Under the pieces are notes generated by a model. It searched no databases. It saw only the letters and a list, made by a program, of their open reading frames with translations, and was not told the origin of the DNA. Positions 60,273 to 64,000 of a stretch of 64,000 bases of DNA are shown here, piece by piece. Made by a program: the position numbers and the translations under genes. The DNA lies in contig NC_045697.1 in assembly GCF_009834535.1 (NCBI RefSeq), forward strand, positions 7,938,001 through 8,002,000, written 5' to 3'. This DNA comes from Camelus ferus. Its lineage: Eukaryota. The stretch's first letter is position 1, and every line of letters begins with the position of its first letter.

Positions 60273-61119
60273 AGTTAGTAGGATTATGGACACAAATATA
60301 TACAAAAACATGTATAACAAATAATCATGCATAATCAGGACTATATAACAAATAATGCCTATGTAATTTATACATAAAATATATGATTTTATTATATATA
60401 TATATATATAGCCCTAATTATACTTGTTTTTATTTTAAGCTGTAGTTTCCAATATGTATAAGCAATTTTTATAATCTGTATTTATTCTTTTTTAAGGTTT
60501 GAAAGGATTTGTAAGACCCTGTATCACTAAAGATAATTCTTGGAATCTTCAATTCACTTCTTCCTGAAATTTCCTCTTTGAATGGGCAAACAAAATTCTC
60601 CTTTGCTCATTTCAAATCTACGCCCTCAATAGAAATGAAAAGCAATCTGAAGGGCAGATTCCGGTTCTGCAGTCTTCACATTAAACAAATATGAAAACAG
60701 AATGGGACAGGACATTTGTAAAGTGGCCTGCAAGTCCATTCCATAGGCCCTGAGACTGATGTGGGAGAACGTGAGAAAAGAGTATAAAGTTAAGAGCCCT
60801 TAAGACGGGAAGGATGGGCTTTCCGCTCCATGGACTATGTACCACACCCCTCCATGGACAATGGAAATAGAAAAAAGAGGAACACCGCCACAGAGAAGCG
60901 ATGGGAGAGTTTGTACAGGGGCATTCTCCTGCACAGAAACAAACAAACAGAAAAACACTGCCAGCCCGGAGAAAGAAAAGGATCAGAGTGATCTGGGACA
61001 AGCTCAGCGTCAAGACGGGCTCAAGCAGCACATCTAAACTATCTCTTCTGCTCCACAGACCCACCAGGCAGTCGCCAGTCCCACAGGGCAATAAAACTGA
61101 AGACGCACGCTTTAATGCA

Positions 61120-61225
61120 AAAGCCTGAATGGAGTTCCTTGCCCTGGCGCTTACAGCTGTCTGCACTCGGGCAGTTAACTTACACTCTGAGTCTTGATTT
61201 CCCCACGTGTAAAACCGTTGAGTGG
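61120..61225 (+). mobile_element. MIR fragment
   Basis: 'cttacagctgtctgcactcgggcagttaacttacactctgagtcttgatttccccacgtgtaaaa'. Confidence 0.65.
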
Positions 61226-61317
61226 AGATGGAAAACTCTTAGGTAGGGAACCACCTCTTGCAGTGTTTGGCACAAGACTATGTTACTAGTACTAACTGTG
61301 AAAAATGGTATTCCTCT

Positions 61318-61454
61318 TTTAATTTTTTTCTTTTTGATATGGGTGGGTAGTTAGGCTTACTTAATTATTTATTTAAGTAGGGGTACTGGGGATTGAACCC
61401 AAGACCTCATGCACGCTAAGCATGCACTCTACCATCGAGCTATACCCTCTCCCC
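61318..61454 (-). mobile_element. Camelid-type tRNA-Ala-derived SINE
   Basis: Reverse complement GGGGAGAGGGTATAGCTCGATGGTAGAGTGCATGCTTAGCGTGCATGAGGTCTTGGGTTCAATCCCCAGTACCC plus A-rich tail. Confidence 0.9.
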
Positions 61455-64000
61455 AGTTCTTACTATTGAAGGCTAGTAAGACTTTGGTTGAGATGAGCAG
61501 GGAAAGCATATCATGAGCAGAACCAGCACAAAGCAAATGACAATGAGAGAGAAAGAGCAACCTTCCAGGAAGCGATCGTGGACATTACAGTCTGCAAAGG
61601 AGTTTAATATATAAAGTGGGAAGGATAGTGGCCATGATACAGAACTGAAAGCTGCCTTGCCACAGTCGTCGATGAAAAATAAGCCATGTTTACCTTGGAG
61701 AAAAGACGAAGAGGCAATGATCTAATGATATTTTTTTTGCAAATCGAATCTGCAAGTCAGATATGTGAAAGTGTGGGATCCTTAACCTGTTTGCTTCAGT
61801 GGTTCTGAGTTTCAGAATTTGTGAATCATTAATGTGAGACAAATGAGAGACTGATAAAGTGCTGCGAGCATTTTTTGCCATAATTTTATATATAAATATT
61901 TACGATTTTATATATATATATATGTATTTATACACATACACAGAGAAAACCCTGGCATGGTGTTATAAATTAAAAGTTATCTTAATGTGAGAATGATAGC
62001 AATTACACATTTACCAATTGCATATCCTTGGAATAAAAGACAGTCCGCTAACACATTTTGCTTTAGAAGAAATACTTACATTATCTTAACTTTTCATTAT
62101 TTTAATAACCAAGGACAACTTTATCACAGCCCTGCACCAGAACTATAATGACAGTTGGGGATACATTTATAAGTACAGAGGACAGTCATGGAAACAGGGG
62201 AAAGATAGGTAAAATAAGGCTAAATTTGACTAAAAAGAAGAAATATAAATTCTGTAAATAAGTAGTGCTTCTCTTTGGGAAGAATGCTGATTATAAAAAA
62301 AGCACTGCCTTGTCCAAATGTAGTCTCCATTTCACTGGAAGTTTCCACCAAAGACTGTGTGAAGGAGGTGAGAGAAAAGCAACAGTTACAAACTGCCCCC
62401 CCAAGTCAGACACAAGACTCAGTCTCGTGTGTTTGTAGCCTTCACTAATGCGAAGAGAAGCTGGTGAACTTGCCCAAGGTAATGCAGCATTTATGCAGAA
62501 GACAAGACCATTGAAAACCCGGGCTGTCTGCCTTTGCTGTTGCTTTGCCTCCCTTTGTTGCAGTCGAAATACAGCTGGGCAGTCGAACTGGAGCTTCACG
62601 AAGGTACTCAATAACAATGATTGGCTAATTAATTAATTAGTCTTTGATAAATTAAAGCTACATACGGACATATCTCTTCTCAATTAATCTGTGTTCTCCT
62701 GGATAGCATATTCCTCATCTTATCAATTTATCTATACTTATGGTTCAGTGCAGTCCCCTGAACACAGTAGATGTCCTTGTGTGCAAATGGAATTGAATCA
62801 TTCTTTTATCTAAAGAATGTCGCCTAATCAGCTAATTCAGTTTAGGTTAAATTTCCCATGTAGACCCAAAAGGGTTTTGTTGTTGGTTTAATACGATGCT
62901 GAGAAGTTTGTCGGGTTCTCTAGGGCTAATAATTCTAATTGTATCTAAATTTTACTAAGTTTCTCTGAGGTTAAAATCAAATCTCACTCCAAAGGAGGAA
63001 TTAAAGAAGCTAACAAAAGGAGTTGCATCCAAATTTCCTGAGTTATCATATTCCTCCAAGCATCTAAGATGAGGAGACCTAAAATTTTATACAAATGGAA
63101 CTACTTGGAATAACCTTTGGGAAAGTACCCAAAAGGAGCCTTTCACATTTCACCATATGATAGTGTCTTTTCACAAGGTCACATAAGACATATGGGATTT
63201 TGAACTTCGGTCTTTAGGAATGAATGGCTCAATTGCTGAGACTTTCCTAAATGTATATTGAAGTAGAAAATTTGTGATCTACAAATCTCTTGTTTAATGT
63301 CCATTTGTTTTGCAATCTTGCTTATTTCTGTGCATATATTATGTAATGATACATTCTTTGATATCCCAAGTAAGGTAAAATAAACGTATGCATCCATCAA
63401 AGACCCAAAGTTTCTGTACCAGTAAAATCTTTACAAGGGTAAGGACATTGCCTTCCCTTACTGAAATGGTGGAGTAGTATGCCAAGAGTCTGTCCTCAGA
63501 CCTGGTGTGGGTTGTAAGGAAGACTTTTGTTTATTCTGTCTCCCAGACACTGCCAGTCAATGGCCTTAGGGGGCTCAAGAACCTATTAAGGATTTCCACC
63601 TTCAGATGCCTGCTCAATTGAATCAAAATCTAGGAAAAGAACATAGAAGCATTGTTTCTTGGCATGCCACTTAGATTCCAAATAGTATCGTGTAACAAAT
63701 GGTACTAAGATTTTCAGTACACTTGAGGATCTAAGTCACACTTATGGATGAGGCGATGGTCAAGTCTTAATGCTCAGAGAATGTTTGAAGTGTTGGGCAG
63801 CTGTTTGAATGTCAAAGCAGTAAGTAATCCAGAATACTAAATATTTCAAAGAAGAAACACTGAAACAAGTCAGTAGCATCAAAATGATCTTGAACCCCCT
63901 GGTTGAAACTGTCTACTGTCTGTTCTCTTTTCTAGTTCCTATCCTAAATGGATGTTTTCCAGTGCCTTGGTTCTCTTAAGTGCATGGGCATGGGAGACTA

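Noticed and set aside
60681..61166. 161-aa minus-strand ORF
   Set aside because: No recognisable domain; it starts in a MIR and has no splice support.

Overview
Mammalian non-coding genomic DNA, AT-rich and CpG-depleted. It is most likely camelid, because it holds three copies of a tRNA-Ala-derived SINE of the camelid Vic-1 type. I find no credible protein-coding exon, tRNA or rRNA gene, CpG island or CRISPR array, so this reads as a gene desert or large intron. The supplied ORFs are chance frames in repeats or low-complexity DNA. Much of the window is interspersed repeats: MIR, L2, old and young L1, HAL1, MaLR/ERVL/ERV1 solo LTRs and hAT/Tigger MITEs. Repeat-poor stretches may be conserved non-coding elements. 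The most notable structures are: (1) a nested insertion stack at 49.4-52.7 kb, where one ~370-bp MLT1 LTR hosts five younger LTRs and an L1, including two same-family LTRs facing each other as a long inverted repeat; (2) a probable decayed Tc1-like transposase relic with retained CpGs at 17.7-18.1 kb; (3) an old L1 flanked by an apparent ~260-bp target-site duplication; (4) a solo LTR with an internal polypurine tract and a duplicated terminus; (5) a perfect 35-bp copy of nearby sequence inserted into a (TA)n microsatellite; (6) a pre-miRNA-sized hairpin; and (7) a palindromic CTCF-like site. Repeat family names come from my recall of consensus sequences, not from a database search, so subfamily labels and many boundaries are approximate. 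I cannot demonstrate a new biological system from sequence alone.
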